Shown piece after piece: positions 52,542-64,000 of a stretch of 64,000 nt of DNA. The stretch lies in assembly GCA_964187785.1 (NCBI GenBank), contig OZ076409.1:81904001-81968000 (forward strand), written 5' to 3'. The stretch is from Amphiscolops sp. MND2022 (lineage: Eukaryota). Below the pieces are notes generated by a model that was given only the letters and a program-made list of their open reading frames with translations, searched no databases and was not told the origin of the DNA. Position numbers and translations under genes: made by a program. Every line of letters starts with the position of its first letter. The stretch's first letter is position 1.

Positions 52542-53005
52542 AACAAGTCGGGACAGGCGTCATATCTAAGGCTTAAAATAGCAAAAGGACTTCAAAATGC
52601 TAAAGTATTCTCTTCTACAGCACCCGGAAAATTTTTTGGAAAAAAGTCTCACACTGCCAAAGAAACTGAAAGGGGGACCCTTTTGGATTTTTCAACATCC
52701 ATTCTGTCGCAAACTCATAAAAAAATTGAAAGTGGGCCCTTCGGGAATTTTTTCGAAAAAAAGTCTCGCAATGCCGAAAAAAAACTGAAAGGGGGACCCT
52801 TTAGTCTCGTCCGGTATTGTATGTTACGTGGGAAACCTTTTTGGTTCAGGTCCTCGTGCCAACAAATATAATTTGGCGTGTTCTTAAAATTTTGTAGAAC
52901 TTTTGGTAGAACTATTTTGGTCGCTTCAGGTGTATCGGGAAAAAAAATACTGACGAAAAGCCATGACTATAGTCGGCTCTTTTCAAGAAAAGTGTCGACT
53001 AAAAA
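52542..53005 (-). mobile_element. HINE family 1 copy (reverse), next to a family 2 3' end at 53024-53062
   Basis: AACAAGTCGGGAC...CATATCTAAGGC and ...GTCGACTAAAAA; internal sequence parallels 30906-31614. Confidence 0.8.
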
Positions 53006-54337
53006 TAGTCATTAGAATAAATTAGGGTGGAAAATACTCTCGTGCTCAGCGGGCGTTTTGTTGATGGGAAGAAGTTACTCGCTTGACTGATTGCTCCTGA
53101 ATAGGTATATGATTACCAAAAAACTCACACAAAAAAGTTCAAGTTACAGCAAGCAAATGTCAAAATGGTCAAATTTTTCAATGTGCTCTACCAGTAACGA
53201 AATTTGTAGAAGAAACACAACTTTTAACTCATTTGCTAGCAAAAGGACAAAAATACGTATCGTAACTAATTTTGCAAAATTTTACAAAATTAGCTCAAGA
53301 AAAACATGAAAATGCAACCTTCGTCAAGATTTACTGCCAGCGAGTCTCCGATTTATGTAGATTTGTTTTAAATCCAAACACGTCAGTCGCGTCCTCTCAT
53401 AAAATATTAATACTGATCATACGAAAACGGTTATTTCTTGCTGGTAAAACAGCAACAACGCCTTTTAATCAAAATATGTTCACCTCTCATCTAAAAAATG
53501 ACATCCGCTCGTTGTTTGAATTCTTTACGTATCGGCCAAAAGTTTTCGCTGCTATTCCGACTTGAAACAACAAGGAAATTTTGTTTCTCTAGGATGATAA
53601 TGGCAAACCAGGAAAAGAAGTTGATGAATAAAAAATTCGTGCTGCGAATTCAAACGCAGATTTTTTGTTTTATCAGGTGTTTCTTGCTGAAACTTGAGTT
53701 CCATTGAATGCGACTAAATTTTTTACAAGTTAGTTATTGTTGGTAATACTTGTATCTTTTTGACATAAATAGAAATGTTCTAAATCGATAAAAATGGTTG
53801 GTAAAAAAATCTGAAACCATTCGGAATTCATGCAAAAAAATTGATCAATTCGAGATTGCAGACTTAAATTGGAATCGCTGAACAATTTCTTTTCATTAAA
53901 CTTTTTCCTATGAAAACAATTCCACCAATAGGAAACGAAAGCATCTGGAACATTTCCGAAACAGGAAGAAACACCGACAAATAAATTCATCGGCGCCGTT
54001 TTCATAACAAGAGATAACCTAGCTACCCAAAAATACTCATGAATTGATTTTGCTCTTGAATTTGATTGCTAGTGGCAAGAACGATGGAGTATAACCCCTT
54101 CAAGTAATCCTATTGAAGCCTCAAAAATCGAAATGCCAGTCAAAGTAAATTGACGGGAAATTTTAGACTACGAACGGAAATTTCCATCTATCACGCAAGA
54201 GAAGTGCTTTCGATTCAAGTTTTCAAGTTTGTCTCGTTTACTTTGTTCAGGCATTTCAACCGGATTGAAAAATTTATCAGTTTGACTAAACCAAGAGTAA
54301 TAAATTCAAATGCTTAAAGTCTGGTACAAGATGAGAC

Positions 54338-54954
54338 GATTACCAGAAATTTCGTCGTCGGAAATTTAGTCGTCGGTGATTACGTTCTATAAAACGTCGC
54401 ATTTTCTTTAATCTATTAGGAATCGTCTTATTATTGAGTCTTAATAATTGTCGATAATTGTGCCGAAATAAAAGTTTCGGACCTTATTATAACTCCCCAT
54501 ATACACCTTGTTTGTTATCCCCCCAACACGAAGTTTCCACACAAAAATTTCCATTACCAGAGGATTTGTTGATAATTTTCTTGTTGATAATTTGTTGATA
54601 ATAAAAAAGTAAAAATTCCTCCTGGAGCAAGCTTGAAATGTATTGTAAAGCCCCGGTAAATAGTTCCACCGGTAGGACTGAAAATGTATCATTGCTTAAT
54701 AAGCGTCTTAATGAGTTGATTGAATGCAATTAACTTTTTGACTCAATTTTGGTGTCAAAATGAAACTTGTTCTTAAGATCTCATTTTAATAATTAAGTAA
54801 TTGTATAATTCACATATCTTTTGGTGAACGCTGTTATTCTAATCAATACGACGAAATTTCTGACGACGAAATTTCTGGATTTGCTAAAACGACGAAATTA
54901 CTTACGACGAAATTTCTGACGACGAAATTTCTGGCGACGAAATTTCCGCCTCCC
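54338..54954. mobile_element. 617-bp fold-back/MULE-like element with GACGACGAAATTTCT 15-mer arms and 8-bp TSD
   Basis: Termini GATTACCAGAAATTTCG...GAAATTTCCGCCTCCC; perfect TSD GATGAGAC at 54330-54337 and 54955-54962. Confidence 0.92.
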
Positions 54955-55782
54955 GATGAGACATTGAAACGCAGTTAGGAATTGAATTTACGTAGTTTGA
55001 TATAATAATTTAAAACATTTTTCATCAGTGAAGTTTTCAAATTACTCATCAAACTAGGTGTCGATACAATCTGCGATGCAAAACTGTCAAATGTATCAAA
55101 AACGAAATGGCAAAAGATGAATTTTGAATGAATTTTTAGAATAAATTTCTATTCCTGAAATTTGAGTTTTCCGGATATCATTTTTAAAATGAATCTTCTG
55201 GAACGAAAAACGAACGATTTTAAGCCCAAATAAAAGATCGAAATTTGAAACGGCCTTGTCAGTAGCTAAAATGTTAGAAACGCTAGTAAATTTTTCAAGC
55301 TGTCAAAATTCAGACATCATCGATTTTCAGTCTCAGTAGATTATCCATGATTATTTGAACGATTAGAAATCTTAGATCAACATTGAAGTATTTTTTAACT
55401 CGGAATTTTTCCTGGAAAATTGATCGCATTCCTAGAAGTTTATCGCTTCGAACACAATGTCACAATTTCCAGCATTTACAAGTACAAAAATACATTCTGA
55501 AGACTTGCATCAACGTTTTACTCTCCCTATAACTACATTTTCATTTTTTTGCTATATCCATCAAAAATATACGTTCCCGCGTAGGCTATCAACTGTAATC
55601 CACCATTGACGATAGAAGCCCCATTTTTGGACCACAGAGCAGACATATGGAGTTTCAGCGGTGCAATTTGGTGAAAACGTCACAAATTTTTATTCAAAAG
55701 GGGTCGCAAATTGTGACGCAAACCTGCAATAGATTCGTTATCATTCCAGCAGTCTACCTCTCGACTATTAGCAGAATTGTTA

Positions 55783-56760
55783 TTTTCCGTCCATATTCCA
55801 TTAGGAAAAAATATTCAAATCAGCCGCGCTTTTGTTTCCAAAAAGTGCCATATTCCAAACTTATACCCGAATTGAGAACCATGGAATTTAAATGACGTAA
55901 ATTTATTTTATTGCGATATGTATTGTAGAGATATTTGGACTTTTTTCGTTGACTCCAAAGATACAAATGACCCAAAATGACCACAAGATAGACAAAAAGT
56001 CCAAATCTTTCTAACTGTTAACAATTTCATTCAAACGGATTAGAGAGTTCAAAACATTCAACGACGAACAAAGTAGCCATGCAGTATACTTTTTTCAAGC
56101 GAAAGTCGCTGTCTTTTACATCACAAACACTTCAGAATGACCCCAACGTGTCGGAAAAAGGAAACATTGAATTTTTAAAAAAGGTTTTTATGAAACATTT
56201 GTGAACTTTTTGAATTGTTTCGGGAGTTACAAGGTCAAAAAAAAGTTCAACAACGAATTGACAGTTTTAAAGAACTGTTTTTGAGAAATTTCGTGAGTTA
56301 GGAGGTTCTAAAAGCTCCAGACAATTTATCAAGCTATGCAATACGCCTTTTAAAGGAACATTTTGAAGTTTTTCAAGAAGAACAAAATCTCAAAATGGCC
56401 CAAAAAATGCGAAACCCATTTTTTTTTCAAATTCGAGTTCTTTTTTAGAAATTTTGGAAATAATTCAAATATTTTCGTTTTTTGGAAAAATGCAAACATT
56501 CAACACCAAACAAACGCGTTATACAGATGGTTTTTTGATAATAAATTGCAGTTTGATGCTAAAAAAATAGACTCAAAATGACACCAACGTAGTCAAAAAA
56601 TTAAAAAAAATTAACAGTTTTTGATATTTCATCGCATTTTTTCAAAGAGTTGTGAAATATTTCTGTTGTAAAAAACCCCTGACTTTTATTCTCTTTCGAA
56701 ATTTTTAAACCATATTTTCTAACTCTCCTAATGAAGTTTAAGGATTTCAAAGTTTAATCA
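55783..56760 (+). mobile_element. Degenerate HINE family 2 copy
   Basis: TTTTCCGTCCATATTCC start and TGCGATATGTATTGTAGAGAT shared with the copies at 26850 and 57143. Confidence 0.5.
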
Positions 56761-57142
56761 AAATTTTTCAAAAGACTTTTTCGATGCCAAGCCTGTTTTT
56801 GATAGAAGTTGATGTTCTCTGGCTATTATGCACTGCAAGAGGTCAATTTCTGATGCGGAGCCCCGAGAAAATTTTCACTGCGTCATGTTGGGGATTTGTT
56901 TCAAAATCCGTGCCGTGCTGGGTAGCCTTTAGAGAAGATGCACCTTCAGGATGCAAGATTGATCGTTTACAAGTTACTACTGGTGATCTATCGACGTAAT
57001 CAATATAGCCTTCGATGAGGGTGGAACACGTTCACAACCTTCACACAAAGCATCTTCAGCGACAAACACAGCGTGATTTTGAAAAAAGGACCTTTACACC
57101 CGTAATTCTGCAGCTACAAATTGTGTTTCCTCACATTTTTTA

Positions 57143-60100
57143 TTTTCCGCCCATATTTCATATGGGAAAAGAAAATATTTAAATCAAACGGGTTTTTTTT
57201 TTTACAAAATTTGCCAAGAATTAAATTCATCGAAACTAAATTTAACTTTATGGGTGTTACCCATAGAATTCAACTCACATAAATTTAGTTTGGTGCGATA
57301 TGTATTTGTGGACAATTCTGGACTTTTTAGTTGACACCAAAGACCCCATAATGACACAAAAATAAGATTTTTCTACGTTTCAATGCAATTTTTTGATAGA
57401 TATCGTGAACTAGAATTTTGAAAACGTTCAGCAAGGCACGAAATCGTTGTCCAGTTGTCTTATATAGAGAGATAATTGCTGTTTTCCAAATGAAAAAGAT
57501 CTCGAACGGACACCAAAAATGACAAAAAACCAAAAACTTTCCGATTTTTAACGTTTTTATGCAATTGTTGTCAAATTTTCGATAGACTTCGTGGATTAGA
57601 TTGTTGAAAACGCACAACATGGCTCACATTCGTTGTCTAGTAGGCTTTTCCGGAAAGATATCTGCTGTTTATCAAACGAAAAAGTCTGAAATTGACACCG
57701 AAAATGACAAAAACTCGAATTTTTGCGTTTTTCAAAGATTTTAAGCAAGTTTTGTCAAATTTTTGACCATATTCGTGGATTGGAATGTTGAGAACGTCAG
57801 CAAGGAAAGAAGTTTAGTCCAGTAGGCCTTTTGGAAGAGTTTATTGCAGTTTACTAATTGAAAAATATCTTAAATTAGCAACAAAAATGACAAAAATATT
57901 CAAAAGTTTTCCAATTTTTACAGTTTTTATGAAATTTCTGTCAGAATTTCGACAGACTTCGAGAATTGAAATCATGAAAACGTTCACCAAGTTAGCAACT
58001 CGTTGTCCAGTAGTCTTTAAAGATGAGACAAAGTCAGTTTTTCTATTGAAAAATGTCTAACTTTGACACCGAAATTGACAAAAACCTCAAAAATTTCAAT
58101 TTTCAAAGTTTTTATTCAGTTTTTTCCGGATTTTCGACAAACTCCGGAAGTTGGAATATTGGATCGAGTCCATAAGGAGCGAATGGCGTATTCAGTATGC
58201 TTAGTGGGGAGATAAATGCAGTTTTGTAAATAAAAATGGTCTGGAATTGACATCGAAAAAGACAAAAGTTCAAAAATTTTCCTACTTTCACAATTTTTGT
58301 TCAATTTTTGTCAAACTATCGATCGACTTCGTAGACTAGATGGTAGAACCCCTAAACAATGGAGAAATGGTTTTTTGTGAGCTTTCGTCAAGAGATAAGT
58401 GCAATTTCTAACAAATGCTTCAAATTGATACTGAAATTGTCGTTTTTGTCGTTTTTGATGCAATTTCTGTTGAATTTCCGAAATTTTTCGGCAAAGGTTC
58501 AAACACAATCAACAACGAAAGAACGAGCTATGCATTCCATGTTTTGAAGAAAACGTTTCAGCGTTTTGCTTCAAAAACACTTCAGAATGACTCCAAATAT
58601 TTAAAAAAAAGTCAACATCTTCGTTTATATACAACTTATGTCTACTTTTTGAATCGTTTTGGAATCAGAATGATGGTAAACGTTCAACAAAGATTGAAAT
58701 CATACTTCTGTCGGCTTTTAAAGAAATATTTGCAGACTTCGGTTGAAAAAATATCAAAATAGACCGCAAAAAGTTGAAAACGTCAAAATGTTTGTCGATT
58801 CCTGGCATTTTCAGTTAATTTTAATATGAGATTGGAACATTTTGGTAGGATAAAAGCTTCAAAGAGCTCCAGATGATAAAACTAGATTCACAGCACGTTT
58901 TTAAAAGAAACATTTACATATTTTATGGCAGAGAGTTTCTTCAGAATGACCTAAAAAAAGCAAGAATTGGGAAGTTCCAAGTTTTTTTGAAATTTTTGGG
59001 CTGTTTTCGTACACTTTTTGAGCTACTGCAATGCTTAAAATTATTTCAAGGCTCAACAAGGACTCCTTTTGATATCCAGTTGGCAGTTTTAAAGATATCA
59101 TTGCAATTTTTTGTTGGAATTGGCCTCAGAGCACCCAAAATCCATTGAACAAAAAGGCACGTTTTTTGACAAAGTATTCTCAATTTTTGTTCAAACAACA
59201 AAATTGCTCGTAGAATAGAGAACTTCCATTGACCCGAGCGTTGAAACAAAAGGGCATTCAAAACGCAAGTTGGGAAAAAAAGTAAGCAGAAGTTCGTCGA
59301 GTTTACAACAAAGGTGTCAAAAGATCTGATTTTCCTCACTTTCCGACAATATAGTCCAACTTTGGACACTTTCCGAAAATTTACTTCAATCAGAAAACCC
59401 ATAGGCTCAAGGTTGAAACATGTAGCTACAGGTAGTATTTCGAAAAGATATCAGACAAGTTTATCCGCACAACATAAACTTTCGATGAAAACGTAAATTT
59501 CGACCTTCTTTATAAAACATTCAATTTTCATTAAGCTCCAAGCAAAATCACTAGATACCGAGTACACCTTCCAAAGGAAAGTGTTTCGAGCTAGTAGACT
59601 GGGTTAGAATGGTCTAAGCATTCAACAACAACTAAAATCGGTGTCCAGTAGGCTTGTTTGTGAAGAGACATGTGTAGATTCATGTAAGAAAAGTTCCTCA
59701 ATTCGATCCCACAGTTTTCGAAAATATTTCCAATTTTTGACACTTCTGGAGGAGATATGTGCAATAATACAACAAACTGGGACCGCTCAATTTTCCTAAT
59801 TTCGCAAATGACCTAGTTTCAAGATTATACCATTTTCTCAGTGCCAACAATTACCTCAAGAAATATGCCTGAGACTCGGAGACCATTCTTTCCCCAACAG
59901 GAATTTCAAAAAGCCAATTTTTTGATTATTTTTCGGTAAAGACCTTTGATGGCGAAACAAGTTGCAGCTCACAAACTACCTTTCTCATGCTGAAATCACC
60001 TATGAAATAAAGGAGGTACCCTTCGACCAATTGAAAATTTCGGAAAGACGCACAGAGCCGAAAAAAACTGAAATGAGGTATTTTCCACAATTAATAAGAA

Positions 60101-60585
60101 ACGTCATCAGTTCCACATGATCAAAAGTAACAAAGAGGTCACCCTCAAAACTCGGGAAACTCATTTCCTTTACAGAACACCTCAAAAACTGAAAATTGCG
60201 AAAAATGTTTTTCGAAAATTGTTTCCGAAAAAGAATGAAAATTTTTTTTACTCGGTAAGTTGCATAGTGCTAAAAAAACGAAAACTGGCCAGCTATCGCA
60301 GAAGTAATAAAATAGGAGTTTCCTTTAAAAATGGACAAAGATGAATCAAAATTTTCTTTTCTTCGAACTTCTCAGCATTTTTATAGTGCATTGGCTATTC
60401 TTTAGCTTCAAATTTATGTAGCTTTAGAACAGTTCGAGGCGGAAAATATCTCAGATATTTTCCGCCTCGAACTGTTCTGAAACTACATAAATTTGAGGCT
60501 CAAGAATAGCCAATGCACTATAAAAATGCTGAGAAGTTAGAAGAAAAGAAAATTTTGATGCTCGCTGCTCAGAGGGCTCATTGTT
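57143..60585 (+). mobile_element. Long HINE family 2 copy with ~180-bp internal tandem repeats and a fold-back 3' end
   Basis: 5' end nearly identical to the 50610-51090 copy; tandem units 57330-58500; 3' subterminal GGCGGAAAA and terminal GCTCGCTGCTCAGAGGGCTCATTGTT. Continuity of the middle part is uncertain. Confidence 0.65.
60345..60559. repeat. 215-bp near-perfect palindrome (107-bp arms, centre 60452)
   Basis: ATCAAAATTTTCTTTTCTTC...GGAAAATATCT-C-AGATATTTTCC...GAAGAAAAGAAAATTTTGAT. Confidence 0.92.
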
Positions 60586-61677
60586 AATTTTTTTCTTGTT
60601 TTAAAATTACAAACATGACAAAAAACGCACATTTTTGACTGTTTGTCGCTCAACTTTCTCCCACAAAAGACTAACTTTATGAAGTATTACAGTTGAAAAT
60701 GACAATAGAACAAAATAGAACAAAAATCAGCATTTTCAAACAGAGCACGAATCGTATGAAAAAAGCGAATGATGAATGAACTGGGTATTTCTTCAACTCT
60801 CACTCAACACTTTTATGCGCTTACTTATGAATGAAAGTCATTTTCAATTTTTTTCAAAACATGTAAAGTTTCTCGCTGAAACGGGAAACGTGAGAGCTTA
60901 CTTTTATTATGGACAAAGATCCAAACGTAAGAGATATGTCAGTTTCTTTGAAAAGAGCGTAAACTTCAAGTTCGCTGCTTGAGAAAAACTGCTATCCTTG
61001 CAAGGATCTTGCGAGAAACGTTCAAAATTTTGCAAGATAATGCATTTTTCTTAGATTCTTTGAAAGAATCTTGCAAGATTCTTGCAAGGATTCAAGTTTT
61101 TCCTCAACCAGTGTTACTTCAAAAGTCGGCATTCTTGTAGATTTTAGTCAACTTTTCCAAACTGCACGTTAGTCGCAAGTTGCTGAGAGGTGCTGCTGAT
61201 TGTAAAAACATTTAAAAAAGTGAAGCACATTTTTTATTCCAAAGTTTTGCGATATTTTTATCAATCGTAGCATATACAAAGGAGTTAGATTTTGTCTAGA
61301 AAATGCAAATTCGCATCTTCGGAATTTAATACCTACAATAAATAAAAGGGGTTTTAGCAATTGCTTGAGTCGTACGGCGAGCGGGAACAAGATTGTTTTT
61401 ATGAGGCAGTTAAAAATTTCTTTGAAGTTTAAACTGCGGACCCGACTATAGGTTGTATAAGTATTAGAGCTTAAACACATTTTGCAGGCACATTAAAGTC
61501 GCAGTGACTTTGGAAGTCTTAAAAGTTTCAACGCCTGAAGGTTTTCGACTACTAAATGCTTTTTGTCCGAAGGTACGAATGCACACAGTATACACATTCT
61601 CGAAAATAGACATCCTATATTCCATTAACGCTGTGTTGGAATTTAAGTTGAATTTCCTTGAACTTTTTTGAAAATTT

Positions 61678-64000
61678 TGTAGGTTATCTAGGATCTTTTT
61701 CTGATCTCACGAAAGTCTGAGGGGGAAAATCAGCCTTGTGCTGGAATTCGGGGGTCGGAAAGAGTTTTACCTCCAATTGGAAGCTTAACAGACAAAAAGG
61801 TTGTTTTAGTGAGTTAGCCGATTCTCTTGAAGTTACTGTCAATTTCTCTCTCCAAATAATGCTCTTTCGGCTCACGGTTTCCAAAAGCTTCGAGTAATGG
61901 AATAATAAAGTTACTTCTCTAACGAAAACAATAACACTAAGTAATTCCAATCAGTCAAACTAACTAATATTCATCAAGTACTATCTACAATTCTCAGTGG
62001 AAGGGTACAACAACAATCGAATCCACGATTCAGCCAGGTGCGTTAGGCGCAATTCAATCTTGTTGAAGCTCCAACTTCAACCAAAATCACAAGTCCCGGA
62101 CTTGTCGGTTAATGTCTTCTGCTGGCGACAATGTAATCTAGAAGTGTCTCTTGTCTCCGCGAGACTCAACCTTCTTCTAGTTCTCTTACTCGCTTGTCGA
62201 GAAACGCGAGTGTTAATTCGAACAAGTATATTGCCTCCGGGAGACTCAACTTAATTCCAGCTTTCTAACTCGGTTCTGTCTATTCAAGTATATTCCAATT
62301 CCGCTTCAATTATATTTGTTCATCGCCCGCATTTTGTTGTACCGATGTCGCTCTTTTATTTGCATGCATTTGACTTCATGTAGTTTCATTCCTTTTATGG
62401 CACGGCGGCGCCCTATTTATATTTCGGACAGACATACTTCGCCGCCAACGGCAAATAGTTGAACAAATGGTTGTACAGAGTTCACATTTCAAAAATAATT
62501 CAAGTCAACCGATTTATTTCCAATATCGAGCCAATCGTTTAATGACCTTCAATTACATGGTTTACACGCTCTCTACGCGTAAGGGGTACTTTTCCGTCCT
62601 TTTGGGGCGCAATGCCTCGCGAATTCTCTCGCCTGACTGAAATGCATAAATTATCACCTAAAGACGCTGATTCACATGTTTTATCGTAAGTTTTTCCATA
62701 TATTCAGAGATTGCATCTAAAGTGACCTTGAGGTACATCGGTGACCTTGAAGTTATTTGTCCTCACCCAAAGTTGCTGCATGCCAAGTTATGTCATCCTA
62801 GTGTCAATGGTCTTCGAGTTACATGATATGCGTATCGTTTGTTTACTTAAGGCGGTCACCCCCGCATGGGTTGCAAATACGGTTCCGTTCTTATTATCAA
62901 TCGACTATATTCGTTATTCCGGTCCGTTTGAGGTATTACAAGCCAAGGTCAAATGTCATTTATCGGTCAGATTAAACAAACATTACTCCGCGCGTGGTGT
63001 ATCGATCGATGTATCTTTCATGTATATTACTTAGGGTTACTAGGTGAACATCTTGGGTAAGTTTCATGATCTTCGGGTCATCCGTTGGCGATTTACATAA
63101 CGTTCGGGATTTATTTACTTAGGGTCCGTGCTCCTCCTACACGCGTCATAGGGTTCCGAAAATATGCGCAAACGGCTTAAAATCATTTGGGCTGTCGATT
63201 CTATATATAATACTACTTATTCCGTGCTTGGCTGACGAGATCGTAGGGGGGTCGACCTAGGTCTATTCCGGTGCTTATAGCCAGGACTGGGGGGTTTCGG
63301 CTCGGTTCCGTTTTTTATAAATCAGTAGCATAACAGCTCAGGTATACGTTTGCCGAATTTCAGGTCTCTAAGAATAATAGTCTTGAAGAAAACCGTTTGG
63401 GGGGAGGGGGTTTGCAGAAAATTGATGATTGGTTTTTCCTAGCGTATCTTAGAATAATTTCGCTCAAAAGTGGGACTTAGTAAAATTCGCTCGACGAGAT
63501 TGACTCTGACTTAGCAGATTCGAATCACCTCATCGCTGACGTCACTCGCTAACTTAAGCCACTCGTTAATTTTTGCCTAAGAAGTTTCGTTTGCCAAGTA
63601 AACATCAGGTTTGCCAAATGAGTTGTAATAAAACACGCTATTGTCAACCTTTTCAGCTGTTTTCACTATTCCGGCGGTCTAAAAACGTAATTAGGATAGT
63701 TTTGTTTATCATATGTACTTCGCGCAAAAGCAATGGGTTTTCGTGGACGCCAAAAACTTAAATTGCCACACTCTTCCCTTCTGGATTTGTATTCTCCCGA
63801 ATAAACATAACATCGTTATCGCTGCCTGAACCGTGGGATCTGGGTTAAACATAAACAATACAGTATGGATATAGGGTGGGGTTAAGGTAGTCAAACATCA
63901 ATAGCTCCGATGGTTCAAACTATCTACAATAACTGAACTAGCCTAACAACGACAATAAAGAAGACGATGAAAAATGCAATTTAAACATATTATCAGAAAA
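61678..64000 (-). mobile_element. Second member of the long-LTR family: complete 3' LTR (61678-63770), PPT and 3' internal region running off the window
   Basis: Minus strand: PPT AGAAGGGAAGAG then TGTGG...CCTACA (2093 bp); TATAAATA at 62414-62421 and AATAAA at 62355-62360; sequence upstream of the PPT matches 39761-39825. Confidence 0.85.

Overview
AT-rich, repeat-dense eukaryotic (animal-like, probably invertebrate) genomic DNA with no intact long gene. Most ORFs in the track are spurious or TE-derived. (1) A hidden minus-strand host gene for a Cys-loop ligand-gated ion channel of the nAChR/5-HT3-like FPFD type, seen as two confident exons (26558-26705, 9145-9275) and one probable exon (44524-44700) separated by ~17-18 kb. 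(2) A decayed Ty3/Gypsy element (1-~3957, minus). (3) A 6.5-kb LTR element (35251-41729) with ~1.9-kb LTRs, gag, an intact -1 frameshift signal and a non-Pol second ORF; a second family member starts at 61678 and runs off the window. (4) Two families of Helentron-type non-autonomous elements (HINE/DINE-1 architecture), some nested, one with a 215-bp fold-back. (5) Several fold-back/MULE-like elements with 15-bp-repeat arms and 8-bp TSDs. (6) Nested CCC...GGG elements with 2-bp TSDs (CMC/EnSpm-like). (7) tRNA-derived SINEs. All alignments and translations were done by eye; no database searches were run.
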